From NCBI GenBank assembly GCA_038087875.1, contig JAXLNO010000146.1, forward strand, positions 248,001-312,000: a stretch of DNA of 64,000 nucleotides, given 5' to 3'. Source of the stretch: Malacoraja senta. Its lineage: Eukaryota. Below the pieces are notes generated by a model. It was not told where the DNA came from and searched no databases. It was given only the letters and a program-made list of their open reading frames with translations. Every line of letters starts with the position of its first letter. The stretch's first letter is position 1. Position numbers and translations under genes: made by a program. Shown in pieces: positions 63,255 through 64,000 of this stretch.

Positions 63255-64000
63255 ACAATAGGTGCATGTGTAGTCCATTCGACCCTTCGAGCCAGCAACG
63301 CCATTTAATGTGATCATGGCTGATCATCCACAATCAGTACCCCGTTCCTGCCTTCTCCCCATATCCCCTAACTCCGCTATCTTTAAGAACCCTATCTAGC
63401 TCTCTGTTGAAAGAATCCAGAAAACCGGCTTCCACAGACTCACAACTCTCTGTGTGAAATAATTGTTTCCTTATCTCCGTTCTAAACTGCTTACCCCTTA
63501 TTCTTAAACAGTGCCCCCTGGTTCTGGAGTCCCCCAACATCGGGAATATGTTTCCTGCCTCTAGCGTGTCCAAACCCTTAATAATCTTTTATATGTTTCA
63601 ATAAGATCCCTTCTCACCCTTCTAAATTCCAGAATATACAAGCCCAGCCGTTCCATTCTCTTAGCATATGACAGCCCCACCACCCCGGGAATTAATCCTG
63701 TGAACCTACGCTACACTCCCTCAATAGCAAGAATGTCGTTCCTCAAATTTGGAGATCAAAACTTCACACAATACTCAGGTGTGATCTAACTAGGGGCCTG
63801 TACAACTGCAGAAGGACCTATCTGCTCCTATACTCGACTCCTCTTGTATGAAGGCCAACATGCCATTCGCATTCTTCACTGCCTGCTGCACCTGCGTGCT
63901 TACTTTCATTGACTGATGAACAAGGACCCCCGGATCCTGTTGTACTTCCAGTTTTCACAATTTGACACCATTTAGAGAATAATCTGCCTTCCTATTTTGC
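63255..64000 (-). mobile_element. CR1 LINE 3' portion running off the window end
   Basis: ORF 63334..63573 (FPMLGDSRTRGHCLRIRG...RGYGEKAGTGY) matches the ORF2 end of the CR1 at 28636..28899. Confidence 0.9.

Overview
Eukaryotic, transposon-dense vertebrate genomic DNA. The repeat families (CR1, Rex1/Babar, L1, DIRS1, Penelope remnants, tRNA-derived SINEs with CR1 tails) suggest a cartilaginous fish such as a skate or ray; this is inference. The host content is a tandem cluster of at least four paralogous two-exon orphan class A GPCR genes, GPR139/GPR142-like. Each gene with a visible first exon has a 70-bp coding exon 1 that the ORF track misses, a phase-1 intron and a ~0.9-kb exon 2. Gene A (- strand) has only exon 1 in the window (5093-5162). 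Gene B (+, 14268-14337 + 17720-18624) encodes 324 aa. Gene C (+, 36238-42499) is a pseudogene split by an L1. Gene D (-, 62858-62789 + 59871-58925) encodes 338 aa. The three visible first exons share a fixed-spacing promoter module: an EBF/Olf1-like site, a TATA-like box 21 bp later, GAGATCCG 27-28 bp after that, then AACTRAC. Genes B and C lie in a segmental duplication whose second copy grew about four-fold through insertions. One insertion is a structurally complete but mutated DIRS1-type tyrosine-recombinase retrotransposon with ITRs, an ICR, a methyltransferase-like domain and a probable 5' intron. All alignments and coordinates were read by eye; no searches were run.
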